Source: Massalongia carnosa | Lineage: Eukaryota | DNA length: 64,000 bases | Assembly (NCBI GenBank): GCA_965645245.1 | Contig: OZ287076.1 | Coordinates: 248,001-312,000 of the forward strand | Reading direction: 5' to 3' | In this document: positions 12,463 through 25,459 of the stretch, one piece after another | Position numbering within the stretch: position 1 is the first letter of the stretch | Layout of the letters: every line of letters starts with the position of its first letter | Position numbers and translations under genes: made by a program | The notes under the pieces: model-generated | Database searches by the model: none | Seen by the model: only the letters and a program-made list of their open reading frames with translations | What the model was told of the DNA's origin: nothing

Positions 12463-13804
12463 CTACGGACTTCCTATTTCTACTCCATCAATCATGTGGA
12501 ATGCTGCCCAGCGCCCTTCTCGAGCGCTAAATCTATCTTTGAGTACTTCCAGAACTCCTACGTTTCTTTGGTGGATATTGTGGGTTCCGCCTCCATAGGC
12601 AGCAGCTGACATGCTTGGGACCGCGGAAAGAAATATCGACGAATCTAGGAGAAGTCTAAAGCTTTTGCCTAGGGCAGGCATCCCCACTGACGAAGAAAAT
12701 ATCGAAGCATTACTTCCCGGCCTATCTGGATGATTGATGTTGTTGGAAGCGCTGAGCGATACGGCATTGTTAATGAGAAGAGTACAGATATGACGGCGGA
12801 AGGTCAGATGGCGCAGGGACCGCATGAAATTCGCGAGAAGAGCTTGGCCTTAAGAAAGGGTTAGAAAAATATGTAGGTATATCGCCCCATGGGTTCAGTC
12901 ATTATTCGATCACGAGCTGTAATAGGAGTGAAACTTACCTAGAACTTGACTTTTCGAAATCGTCGTACTGACAGCGTTGGTGATGGTATCAACGATGATC
13001 ATACCCATCTGACCGGCTTGTCGTGCTTGGTGTGTTTCGTTGCGATTTGCTGCGTCTTTGTCACAGCTCTGTGGGCTATCGCCTGAGGTGCTGCCTTCTT
13101 CGCTATCATCGATTTCTTTCTTACTATCCCCTCTTAACAGTGTACTGACATTGTCAACGTCTTCATCCTTTCTCTCCCATTTTTGTCCTACTTCTGCTAC
13201 AGCTTCAATAACGCCAGCAAAATCAAAGACTCTCATAACTTGCACCCGGTCCAGTATTCCGGTAGCCTTTGCGACTAACTCTTCGCTATGGACTCCTGGA
13301 TCAATTTTCCCTCGCTCAGGAACATCGCTAGTGTGCCGGTTTTCTGCTCGCCAAGACCTTTGGTGAAGTCTACGGATTAATACGTTCCTTAGCCTTAAGG
13401 GCGAGAATGCGCCGGTGGTATCAATGAATGCGACCTCGCCCTGGTCAAAGTTTAGAAGATGGCTCGCTATTGCTTGGAAAGCTATCTACTCTTCCAGTCA
13501 GCGTTCATGCTCCGGGCTATATTTTTTATGAGGGATAGCTTAAGGATTTGGGGCTGCTTCCAGGCGACTATCATCTAAAGCGTAGTCGTGGCTATCGGAG
13601 AAGACCTACCAACGTCTTTCCCATACCGCTAGCCCCAGCGAGGGACGTGATCTCTCCGTATCGGAATCCACCATCTAGAACTAGCTCATCAATGAGGGCC
13701 AAGCTAGAGCTGGCCGGCGGTGGTCGGATCCTCTCTTGGGTTTCTACATTCGTCAATAGGGTTGAAGCGAAGATCCCTGGCGCGGCTTGATTGTTCTCGG
13801 TCAT
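12463..13804 (-). CDS. Rad51 paralog / RecA-fold P-loop protein (RAD51D-like)
   Basis: 'LDGGFRYGEITSLAGASGMGKTL' (Walker A), 'VAFIDTTGAFSPLRL', 'LDRVQVMRVFD', 'IIVDTIT' (Walker B) and 'PALGKSF'. Two introns. Confidence 0.8.
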
Positions 13805-13870
13805 GACGAGATAGGTGCGATGTGGTCGGCTTGTACATGTTTGGTAGGGGTATATGTATATATACAGTTA

Positions 13871-15885
13871 CAGTGAACCCTGGTTAAAACGAACCTTTTT
13901 CCAACGAATTCGGCTTATAACGAATTTTTTTCATGGATGAGCGATTCTTGTATGTAAAATAACGAATGTCGGCCTATTGCGAATTCGTAAGCAATTTTAG
14001 AAAGTCGCTATAACTAGACCTCGGCAATTACCCTTTTAGGATTAGCCGATAAAAATTCTTGATACGTAGTACTACATGCTGCGCATCCTATCGATAGATA
14101 ACATATCCTTTTAATAACCAACAACTCATCATGAATTCTTCCTCCAAAAAACGTCGTCGACCTATCACAGATGCAGAAAAACACGCGCTTCGTCAGTATG
14201 TTCAGAATAATTTCGTTAAAAGACCTTTCGGCAAAGCTCTTCAAGTCTGGTTTGAAGCTGAATTCGGTCATACACCTTCGGAATCTACAATATCGGATAT
14301 TCTTTCTCGAAAATACGATCGTTTAAATGAGAAGGAGACATTTCAACCTGATATCAAAAGATTGAAAGCTTCTTTTTGGCCGGATCTTGAAGCGGCTCTT
14401 TTCGAATGGCAACAACGAATGCAGACAAAGCAGGCGACTGTGACGGGAGAGTTATTGAAGGAGATGGCAAAGAAAATCTGGACAAGACTTCCTCAATACT
14501 CTCATGAAGAAATGCCCAAATTTTCTAACGGTTGGCTAGATGCTTTTAAAGCTCGTCATTCCATCTCCTTTCGTATTCGACATGGAGAAGCGGCATCAGT
14601 TGACAAGGAGACAGTGGAAGAAGAATTGAGGGACTTGAGAATTAAGTTGGCTCCGTACGATCAAGACGATGTATACAACATGGATGAGGCTGCCTTGTAT
14701 TGGAAGATGAATCCGAATGGAACGTTGGCTACAGCTTCATCTGCTGGATTGAAGCTTGAGAAAGCTAGAATAACCGTTAATTTTTGCGTTAATGCAACGG
14801 GCACTCATAAACTTCCACTTTTGTTCATTGGTACGGCAAAAACCCCTCGCTGTTTTACGCGTGAGGGGATCAACGTTAGCAACCTGAATATGCTATGGCG
14901 AAGCAATAGAAAGGCATGGATGACGGGAGTATTATTTCAAGAGTATTTGCAATGGTTTAGTCGTCAAACAAATCGCAAAGTAGTCTTGCTAGTCGATGGA
15001 TTTTCAGCTCATGTTGCTGGCTATCGTCAGTATTCAGAATCAAATCCTGAATCAAACGTTAAAGTGATATTTCTTCCTGCCAATGCTACAAGCATCTGTC
15101 AACCATTGGATCAAGGCATCATCAAGACGTTTAAGGCTCACTACAAGCGAAAATGGCTAGCCTTTTTATGTGATCAGTATGATGCGGACAAAGATCCTTT
15201 TAAGAACATGCATATTTTGCAAGCTATTCGTTGGTCAATGACTGCTTGGGAGTATAACGTCAAACCTGCTACTATCGTCAACTGCTGGATTAAGTCTTTG
15301 GTATTCTCAGCAAATTACGGACCTACTACGCAATTGCAAGCGAAGAAAATGGGCTGGACGAAAGAAAAGGGTTGGTCGAAGGCAGTTGATCAAGAGACGG
15401 AAGACTACAATCAACTAGTAAAAGAGATGAGCACTACATTGCAGCAGTTGAAGAAGAATGATCGCATTCAAGACGTAATAAGTATTGAACGATGTCTCAA
15501 TCCCGCGGAAGAAATCATTGAGGATGATGATGATGACATTCTTGATACTATTGTGGATGCATACGCCGAGGGTCAAATTGAAGAATCGGATGAAGATGAG
15601 ATCGTCAAACCTACAGTGAAATACTCTGAAGCTATTCAAGCTTTGAGAATACTACGTACATTTCATGAGCAACAGGAAGATGGCGACATCGATCTGATTC
15701 AACGTTTGAATGCTTCGGAGCAGGTTATGCTAAATGGGGAAATCAATACTAGAAAGCAGATGACCATTACCAGCTATTTTAGGTAGAAAATGAGATGTTT
15801 TCGTAGAAATTAAGGTTATAACGAAAACTGGTTATAACGAATTTTTTTCATGGAATCATCGATTCGTTATAGCCAGGGTTCACTG
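13871..15885 (+). mobile_element. Full-length Tc1/mariner-superfamily pogo/Tigger-like DNA transposon
   Basis: 23-bp TIRs (CAGTGAACCCTGGTTAAAACGAA, 2 mismatches between ends) and TA TSDs at 13869-13870 and 15886-15887. The subterminal 23-bp direct repeat TTATAACGAATTTTTTTCATGGA occurs at both ends. Confidence 0.95.
14131..15786 (+). CDS. CENP-B/pogo-type DDE_1 transposase (551 aa, intact)
   Basis: N-terminal HTH region, 'FSNGWLDAFKARH', and catalytic YNMDE, LLVDG and QPLDQG (37 residues between the second and third Asp). Confidence 0.93.
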   Translation: MNSSSKKRRRPITDAEKHALRQYVQNNFVKRPFGKALQVWFEAEFGHTPSESTISDILSRKYDRLNEKETFQPDIKRLKASFWPDLEAALFEWQQRMQTKQATVTGELLKEMAKKIWTRLPQYSHEEMPKFSNGWLDAFKARHSISFRIRHGEAASVDKETVEEELRDLRIKLAPYDQDDVYNMDEAALYWKMNPNGTLATASSAGLKLEKARITVNFCVNATGTHKLPLLFIGTAKTPRCFTREGINVSNLNMLWRSNRKAWMTGVLFQEYLQWFSRQTNRKVVLLVDGFSAHVAGYRQYSESNPESNVKVIFLPANATSICQPLDQGIIKTFKAHYKRKWLAFLCDQYDADKDPFKNMHILQAIRWSMTAWEYNVKPATIVNCWIKSLVFSANYGPTTQLQAKKMGWTKEKGWSKAVDQETEDYNQLVKEMSTTLQQLKKNDRIQDVISIERCLNPAEEIIEDDDDDILDTIVDAYAEGQIEESDEDEIVKPTVKYSEAIQALRILRTFHEQQEDGDIDLIQRLNASEQVMLNGEINTRKQMTITSYFR

Positions 15886-16186
15886 TATAGCATTAAAGCA
15901 GTCTGTTCAAGGAAGATATGTTCACATATTTTTGCTACGAAGCCACCAAATTAAGACGGCTGTTAATTGAGTTTCCATAATATTTATGGAGAGAACTTTT
16001 AGATGTCTGTGAAAGATCGTAGTTGACATTAATAGGACACCCAATGTAAGGCTGAGTAGTGCTTTCACGGGATTTATGCTTAGCTAACCCCTAACTATGC
16101 CAGGGAAATTATTTTTTGCGCGTCGAAGTAATTATTCAATTCCTTTTCACCACGCAAGCGTTTCTTCCAAATCCCTACGATTCTCC

Positions 16187-18918
16187 ATGTTCCTTGCTAA
16201 CCCTGCTGGTTCTGAACTATCAATTTGTCTTAGGTGCCAGTATCGAAGCGCTGTGCGACAGCGAAACCGACAACGACGTCCCATTCCTATCCCAGTGTTA
16301 TCGGTATTACCTGCCTACAGACTTATCACCTTGGGGGCCCAACCACAACAACAACAACAACAACGTGTTGCGCAGCATGAAGTGCGAAATCATGGCGATG
16401 AACATGTCATCCCATCTCGGAAAGCCTCTCGTAAATTGTCCCGGAGAGTGCACATCTACCCAAAGGACTCGGTGTCGATTGCTTCTCTTGGGAAACCTGG
16501 GGAAGTCCTTCTTTTACAACAAACTGGAACCATAGAGAAAAAAGACTCGATCTTTCAGATGGAAGAGGCAACTGGAAATGATCCCGATCCTGATAATTTG
16601 CAGATGATGCATAGAATAGATGATGAAAGGGGGAGAATCGAGCCTGAACGGGTTACACAAAATCTTGAGACCCTAAAAGCTACATGGTTACAGGGAAGGT
16701 CTGGAAAAGTAACGGCTTCTAGATACAAGAAGCTTGCCAAGACCATGCATGATGGGTTTACACGGAGCCAGCTGTGTGATTATCTGGCGAATTCAAGTTC
16801 AACGTCAATCCCAGTCCAACAAGCAGATCATCTTTCAAATCCTCATTTTACAAATCTCTACACTCGGTCTTCATGGAGATCAGGAAGTACATCTTTTCCC
16901 GGCGACTCGTCAGCACGTCTAGCCGCCCTTAGAAAAAGACTCCGAGGTTCTAGTAGTCAGGTCCAGTCGATACAAAATGAACTTATAAATAAAAATGCCT
17001 CCAAACGTTTGATTGTGGACCATATATTACGACAGCGGTGGGGCTTAGTGGCCAAGGAAGAACTGCACTCGTCTGGTGAATTGGATATAGAGATCTCAAA
17101 GGCTTATTTAAACGTAATATTGAGTCACAGTAAGAAATATACAACTGTCTGATCAATCTGACAATCTAACATAATGTAGGGATAGATATTTTTAAAGATT
17201 GGGCCGAGCAATACAAGGTCAAGGTCGATGCTTCGAAACCCCTTGGCATCGTCCGCCTTACGGCTGACTTCAACACTTGTGATGATGTTTTCAAGCTGTT
17301 TCTACAGACGTTGAAAAAGATCTGCAACAAGGAGATCAGCATTCCTCGTTGGAGCTTTCAAGCCGGCAAGAGCACCGGAAACCCAAATCAGATACTTGAC
17401 CGATCGCTGCTTGACCAAGTGGAGCGGTTAACGAGTACTATAATAACTACCTCGATGACTAAACGAGTTAAGAATGAATCTGTTAAAAAGGTGGACTTAA
17501 CACTCTATTTAAATTGGCTCTACTGATCTTCTTCGCAGCTACGTGTGTGTTATCTTGGCCCAGGGAATGAGGACTTAGATGATGTACAAAGGCTACTTTC
17601 GCAAACTCTCCAACCTTCAGCTCCAAAGAAATCGTTTTCTTATTGGACTGGAAACCCGAAGTTTGAAGATTCGGTGCCGAGCCCAATAGAGATTGGGAAA
17701 GGACTGCCTCTGGTAGCAAGAGGAACCCAATGGTCGAGGTGGACGGGTGGTGTCAGTCGGAAGAGTGGCCCTACAGAAGGGTCCAAGAGAGAAGATCGTG
17801 ACGAAGCAATGAGTAACGTTACTACCCGATCAGTGAAGAATGAGGTGATATTCAAACGTGTTCGCGCGAGCCTGCTTGACGGGTTGAAAAATGTACACTC
17901 AGAAACCACAGTGCTTTCTTCCGGTGATTTCTGGGATACCTCTTCGTTGAGCGGAGCCTCTGCGGTCTTTGGGCATGTAATATACCCTCTAGAAAAGTCA
18001 AAAGAGATGTTGAAACAAGGAGGGATAAGGGACAACCGAAAAGATTTCGACCACCGGCGGGATTTCTTGACTACCTTCCCTGGCATATTATCGTTTCTGC
18101 GGGGCAGTAATATCGACCGCGTTGAGAGTGGAGAAGAATTACGGATTAGGCTGATACCATCGCAAAATTTAGGACCGCGTGAGAAAGCTAGCTTGTTCCC
18201 TATCCTGGACATATACGTCAACATCATCACTAACCCTCGGTCGATTCGCCTCGCCAAAGTCCAATTGGCCATCGAAGAGAGAGAGTATGACTTGTTGTTG
18301 CCAGCCGAAGCCACGGATATTAGGTTTCTCGCGGACTCCCACATATTTTCAGGCGCGCAGGTCGATCCTCGAATAACCGATTTTTTGGAAGCAAGCAACC
18401 TGAATGTCTTTGGACAGGAAAGACTCAAGACGCCTCCACAGCTTACGCTTTCAGTTCCGGCACACGCAATCTGGAATCCGCAAGCGCGAGACTCTAGAAC
18501 CAAAAATACCAGCACGGCAATCCACGCTAGCTCGCACCAAACTATAGAGTACAAATTCTCCAGTCTAGAACACCAAACCTTTCTTTCATGGCCAGTACCC
18601 GAGGGCACAATGAAATATACCGTTATCGAAGCCGGGATGGCGGGAGGGCGACGAGAGGAGCTACGGATGGTACTGAAAAAGGACTTGGCCAGTTCTTGGG
18701 ACCCCAGTCGTGTAGCCAATAAAGACCTTTGGAACTTCTACAACGCTGCGAGGACGGTGGTCTCGAAGCTCAAAGACATAAGTTTTGAGAGACAGTTGGT
18801 CAAGGCGCGTAGGGTCTCCTCAGCCGAACCACCGCAGGTTTCTCGCTGGTGGGCGGGCTCCCGGGTCCGAAAGGTCGGCTCAGAGCGCCAGAAATCTCCA
18901 TACGTTATCCCGCTATGA
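16187..18918 (+). CDS. Mitochondrial inner-membrane regulator Sls1-like protein (3 exons)
   Basis: Mitochondrial-presequence-like N-terminus 'SICLRCQYR', 'GFTRSQLCDYL', 'ILRQRWGL...GELDIEI', 'DLLLPAEATDIRF' and 'GGRREEL'. Introns at ~17130-17180 and ~17491-17538. Confidence 0.65.
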
Positions 18919-20195
18919 TCCAAGAATCCAATACCGATTCGTCTGTTGCCGACGCCATGAAACAGCTTTTCCAACCATCCAGCCCCTCCGTTGTTCGATC
19001 ATTCGTGACTTTATTCGTAGCAGGCCAGGTTTTTGGCGTAAAGGCTGAAGAGCAAACGTATATCCCATACCTCTCCCCTTCTGGGGATCCTCACCCTTCC
19101 TCCCCTCCCTTTTATGTTGACGAAATCGATGAATCTGCTATCTCCCTCCTTCCTTCCATAGCTATTATATACTCCATTGTTATTGTAAACCCCACCCAAA
19201 ACACAAACCCTAAACCCAATTAAGTACCCCTCCCCAACCCCCTCAACCACAAACCGAGCAGCCCCCTCTCTTTAAGCCATCCATCTATCCATCTACCCTA
19301 TAGGTATGTTCGGAGTACATATGATTTCCAACCAAGCCTGCAATACCCACCCAAGAAACAAGTTTGAAAAAAAAGAAGAAAAAAAACGAAACTATGATCT
19401 TCCCCCTCCCCCCATCTCCCCCGCTTTCTTTTGCCCCCAAGACTGATCAGTCAAGTTTAATGTACGTGAATATGTGTATATATAAATGTCTATATATTTA
19501 TATATTCTAGTCATTTTTAGAAAGAGGCAAGTGGGGGCAAGTAGAGGGAAGGGAAACGCATCCATGGATTGATTGATTGGCTGAAGAGGGGTTAGGGGAT
19601 GGGAGGGGGATGTGTTAGGAAGGGGAAAACAACCCCTTATGAGATTCAAGACAAGATAAGCAAGAAGAAAAACTTCTCCTGTAGTATTTTCAACCACATC
19701 CCCCCCACACCCCCCTTTCCCCTGCACCAAAAGCCTACCTACTTACCTACTTACGTATCTATTTACTTATCTATCCACAGCCACGCACGCATACACGCTC
19801 AAGCAACCCTCTCGTCCTTCCTCCCCCACCCCAAATCTATCCATCCATCCGTCTGTCCACCCGTCCGTCTGCAAGCACGCTGAAATCGCAGCAAATGTAA
19901 GACAAGCCATCCACCAGGGAAAGGAGGAGAAGAGAAAAATAAAGAAACGAAAGTTTGTGAATGCAGCGGTTACTGGCTGCGCCAGAAATGTGACGTTCGC
20001 AGCACATCCGAGCTAATACATACAGCTAGCGAGCCTGCCGGCCCATCGCGAACAAGCAGCAGGCCTTTTTACATATACGCGGCTGTGGCAAATTTTGGCC
20101 GAGTTTTCTTGCATCCAAGGCTTCAAGAAACACTCCACCCGTTCTAAAATAGCTCCATCAACACTGTCGTCGAAACGCCCAGCCAGGCTACCTAT

Positions 20196-22127
20196 CTACA
20201 TGATGGCGCAACATCCGCCGCCTTTGGCCTTCTTCTTGTCAGCTTTGGCCTCGTCATCCGTCTGCTGCGTTGGCGCTGGGTGCGGACCCGGTGCCGGCTC
20301 CAGAGGCGGAGTCGACGCGTTTGGAAACTTGGGGATGGTGGTGTATCCTCCATGGTCGGCGCCAGTGCTGGGGCTGCCATTCTCCTTTGTCGGCGAACCT
20401 GTAAGAGGCCACCCCGGCTCCAGGCTAGGATTGCCTTTCTCATCCTTTTCCGAGTTTACATCCGGCGAAGCAGCGGAACGAGGCGATTGCAGCCCATCGT
20501 GAATGTGTACCACTAGCGGTCCGGAGCCGCCGTTGAGCACGGATCCCGACTTCGACGCGGCCCCGAAGCCAGCCTCCCGCTCCTGCTGAAGGCGCTTAGC
20601 GTGGGTGGGTAGAAGCTGCTGGTCGGGTGGAAGGCGCGGGTCAGGCTTGAACATTGTGGCTAGCCAAGGTGCTTCTCCTTCTGGGCGGTTGATGGCGGTC
20701 GGCGGACGGAGTTCAAGCCCGGAGCGGGATTTTGGGCGCTGGCGGGGTAAGGAGTAGTATATTGTGTTTGAAGGGGTGCGAGATTTTTGAGGGTCGGAGA
20801 CATTGCGCAGGACATTGCTCGCTTTTCGGGCACTAGCGGAGGCAGCACCTTGACCAGTTCTGACTATTTGGCGTTTTGAAGGAGATCCTGATGGGCTGTA
20901 TTGATCGAGTTTATTGACCACACGGTTTTGTGAGTCACTGGCGGCTTCTTCGTCGTCCGGTAACACCTGGCTTCCAACACTATTGCTTCTGGCCCTCGTT
21001 TTTTTATACGTGATGCCCTCGTCATCCCCTCCACTCCAATTACCGCTCGTTCCCCTTTTTCGTGGCAACGGCGCATGCCGCTCAATGTGTTCCTGCGGGA
21101 TGGGCAAAGGGCTGGACTTGGGAATCGGGATCCGAGAGGTCGACCTTAGCCCTTGCTGACGATGGTAAGGAGAGGAACTATTCGCATGGTAAGGCTCCGG
21201 AGAGACAACGTCAACCACAGGTGTATCGAAATTCTGCGAGTCGTCAGGGCCTTTCGCATTCTCGTCATCTTGTCGCAGTAGCCTTTGGAATTTCTCTTCT
21301 TCAAGGTCTGCATCATGGTCATGCGACCCATTGCTATACTGGGGACGAGGAAGCTCTTGGGAATGCTCCTGATGCTGTACCTTTACGCCGTTTGATTTAC
21401 TACTTGACCTTCCCGGGCGTGGAAGTTTGATCCCTGCTTCCTGCATCTCATGGCTTTCTATCAACGCTAGTTTATCCCTATGAATCCACCTCGAGTGCTC
21501 AGAATCTTCATCATCAAAGTACAGTCCTTCTCTAGCTTCGGTTTGATCCCCTGGCTCCATGCTCCCAACATGACTTCTTGGGCGACCGTAGAGATCTATA
21601 AGACTGTCTGACTCGCTACCAGTCCTGCTGAGGTCGCGCAGGCCCGGCCGAAGTCCTCCCTGAGTGTGGGGCGATAGATGCGTAGAAGCAAGGTTGGACA
21701 TTGCTTTTGTGGGTATCTGTGGCCCAGCAATGAATCCCGAAGCTTCATGTACAAGCTGAGATGTGCCGTCGTAGGTATGCGGATTTTGGATGGATTGCTG
21801 TGTGATTTGCGGTGCGTCGTGCCTACGGTCCACAAATGGTTGGTTGCTCGCCGAAAATGGTTTGGAGAAGGAGGGTTTGGATCGCTGGGTTACAAGATAG
21901 AACGTTAGTAGATGCTTGCATGGTGCTCCAGAACGTAGACAGAGTATTCATGAAGCTTGAAATAGCTGGTCATGACACGGAGCTCTGCGACATCCTGGCA
22001 ATGAAATAGCACTTCAATGTACCTCTTGACTTTCGGGTCTGACATGGTCCCATGACGTTTTAGTCCTCGTCGCACTATCTTGAGAACTGAGTGCACGCCC
22101 GTTGGAAAGAACCGACACCGCAGTCAT
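20196..22127 (-). CDS. teaR: TeaR (Mod5-like) prenylated cell-end marker receptor
   Basis: 'WIHRDKLALIESHEMQEAGI', 'RPEGEAPWLATMFKPDPRLPPDQQLLPTHAKR' and C-terminal CaaX 'GGGCCAIM'. An upstream exon from ATG 22127 splices in frame. Confidence 0.8.
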
Positions 22128-23046
22128 TTTTTCGGTTTTCTCATTGCCTGGCGCTCAAACCAGGAGGTGCAGCGCTCCTTTGATGACGAGAGTAGGTAAC
22201 GATGGGGTGTCCAGTCGCACTAAGTGCAGGCGACAGCAAACACGCTGTTGTCAAAGAAAAGCCATATGCGCGTCAGCTCTTTCCCAATCAGAGTTGATAG
22301 CTGCCCGAGCAGGCCCCTTGATAACCTTCACGGTGTTGATCGAGAACGCGTAAAGCGATCGAATAGAAGGTATTCTGTGAGGTGGAAAACGTGTGTAGCG
22401 ACAAGCAAGAACCCTCAAGAATCCCTGCGAGCAAGTTCCCGAAGCCGTTGAGCTTACGCGCAGTGACGGGGAAATGAATCTGTACACGATGATAAACGTC
22501 CAATCACAAACGGTTGAATGGCATCCGGTTGAGCGTGGGTCTAATTCGTGTAGAAATGTATCGTGGTTTTACAGACGCGCACTTTGGCGCAGGAGGTGCG
22601 AATCCGGTAATGAATGGGTATGGGACTGGAACGTAATGGTACAGTAATAGCAAATACAGCTGGAAAAAGACTGATTCGTTATGTGCTGATGATCGTTGTG
22701 ATCATGGTCGGGCAAGACATCATTGGTGATGCAAAACGCTATACTATTTACGGATCTCCGGGAAGGAAGGCGCTACTTTATCGTGATTATCGTGAGTTAT
22801 CAGCCACATGCAACTTGGCCATTCTGGGAATCGTGTGAGCAAGGAGGTAGGCGAGAGTAGCAGCGGTCCTTCCGGGACAACTCCCACGTCGAAACATTCA
22901 TCAGGCTTGCCAGTGGTCTCAGGACCCCAAGACCTGCGCAGAGTCTTCTCCGCGACTATATAATGAACGGGGTCGGTTTTTCAAGCCCAAACGCCTTTGC
23001 CATGCGTCCATGTCCCTCATCGCCCCTCATCGCCCATCATCGCCCC

Positions 23047-25259
23047 TCATAACCGAACACGGCCGTCGGTAGGCCGACCCCCGAACCATCGTCCCAGACT
23101 TCTTCCGGTCTCCATGCGCCCACTGCCCTCGCTACCGCCGTCAGAGCCTCCCATCCACTTAGGTCGCTTCCCAAGCTCAGACAGCCAATCGGGCCCTTCA
23201 ACATTATCAAAAGTGTTTCTGAGTCGATGCGCAAAACCTTGGAAGAAAGTCTCATCCACTTCTTCGCCGGCTTGGGTTGCATTGGCAAGCCTTTGAGCTT
23301 GCCGCTCTTGGAGGGCTATCGGCCCAGGAGGCTGGCCAGGCAAAACAATCGCGGTCGAAGAAGTTGGCGGAGATGAGAGCAGGCTTCTTGATAAACCCCC
23401 GTTACCGAGATCACGTTGCGATCGAAAAGACGATTTTGAAGATTTCCCTGCAATTCCGATAGAATGTCCCAAGCGAGACGTGCCATTTGTTTCTTGTTCG
23501 ATCAATGCACGGCCTTCCCTCCAGCTTCCGCTGCCTAATTCAGATGAGCCTTCTTCGTTCTCATTTTCCAGCAGACCAAATCCCAAAGCGCCTTGCACTC
23601 GCCCATACAGGTTAAACAGTGTGGCACAAACTGGTATCAAGATCAGGATGGGAAAAAAGTAATCGAACCCTTTCCCTAATGGGGTGAGATTGACAAGACG
23701 ACCAAGGAATTGATAGAACCTTGTTTTCCGATGCAACTCAGGGGGAAGAAAGGTCACGAAATTGTACGCCAAGGGTACTGCAAGCCTGGCAATTTGGCCT
23801 GAGTACCAGGTTGCACTCTCGCCATATGTATTTCTGCGGACAAGTGCCCGATTGCCCCAGATTTTAACATCATCGAAGCTTGCAAGCACCGTAGCAAACA
23901 TATAGAGTATCCAAATCGAGGCAGAAACTTGACCTATAAACCCTACCTCGCTTCCTCCCGATCTGCGATTTGTCACAACTGTAAGACGGATGATCGAAAG
24001 CTGGGGCGCCACAAATTTGATTAACTCCGACCACACAATACACAACGAGGCAAATGAGAAGAATGCAGCGAAAGCCTTTCTAACAGCCGGAATGACATAA
24101 ACATGAAGTAGATACCGGGTATATGGAGTAACTATGCTAATGGATTCTAGGAAATTGGCATGCGGCGATGGAGTTCGAAATATTAACCTTTTAGACGCAG
24201 ATGCATCCAGAATCGCTTGCGCATTCACCGCTTCTTGAACAAGACGGTTCCACGTGTCAACAAATCTTACACGCCTGTGACGTGCACGATTCAGTTTTCT
24301 TGACAGCTCAGCAAGATACCGGTCTGTTATTACTGCTGGAATCGTAGGAGATGATGTGCCGAAGGCTGAAGGGGGCGGTCGCGCTTCAGAGATCATTGTC
24401 TTACCCGAGATATCTTCAATCCACTCTTGATGATCATTGGAAATAGCATATTTCCGCTGGCTGAGGATAGCCAATTGGGCCTCTAGTTCCTCTAGCGTTG
24501 CGTTGGTGTCGTTCAGCCTATCGTAAATCTTCGGTGCTCGACCCTGAATCCTCTTTAGTCGTCCTCTTACGTCGGCGTCTCTGTATAGCTTCCTCGGTAC
24601 AGCAACTAGTCCATGACCCATGAGATATATGGCCACAATAAGGCCCCAGCAATATGACAACCTAGTATATGAATCAGATTCCGTGCATTCTTCGTGACAG
24701 ATTCGATTTTAGAGAACGTACGCCATCACCAGCGCCTTGGCTGAGGTTTTTGCGAATCCGGTTTGCCACAAAACGTAACCAAGACCCACGGCGCTGCATG
24801 CCAGCACGATAAGCTGAAAGCGCCCGTTTGATCGTAGCGAGTAGACGATGCGGCTTTTGGGGGTTCGGTAACCCGAATCGACATACTCCCCAAGGAGAGG
24901 GAGAATGAACCTGCACCCCAGGCGAATCAGCAGCACGGAGCCATGGACTTCTAGAGCACGGCGCACCAGGTAAGCGCAAATGTTAACCAGTATGCAATCC
25001 GCCATGCTACCAAAATGACGCCTTGCGGCAGCCAGATGCCCGGGAATGCTTCATCATCACTCCTGAGGCTGGACGTCAGGTCGATGGGCACCAGCAGTAC
25101 CACGCTGGCGGGAAGCGCGATGGCGAGAAAGACGGGAACGAGGAGGTACGAGGGCGTGGTGCGGAGAGGGAGGAAATGGCGCAGGAGGAGGAGAACCAGT
25201 ATAGAGACGACAAGAAGGGATAAGAGGGCAAAAGCATTGGAGCCAAGAGACGACTTCAT
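23047..25259 (-). CDS. LMBR1-like (LMBRD2-type) multi-pass membrane protein
   Basis: 'LALPASVVLLVPIDL', 'WRIAYWLTFALTW', 'ILPLLGEYVDSGYR', 'YCWGLIVAIYLMGHGLVAVPR' and 'ARLAVPLAYNF'. Two introns. Confidence 0.9.
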
Positions 25260-25459
25260 GCTGCAGTTAGTTCATGTCTTTCGAGTTTCGAGTCACTTGA
25301 CTACTCGGTCGAGTGTAGCGTACAGTTGAGGCTCGGGAGAGAACGGAAGGTTTCCACACTAGCAGTAAATAACCACAATGCCACAGTGCTTTGCTTTTTC
25401 TTGGCGTCAGGCCGAGTCTCTTTTTGGGTCAGATTAACTGTCGTGTCAGACCCTGCATA

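Noticed and set aside
19205..19220. AAACCCTAAACCC telomere-like word
   Set aside because: A single short occurrence in low-complexity DNA; no array.
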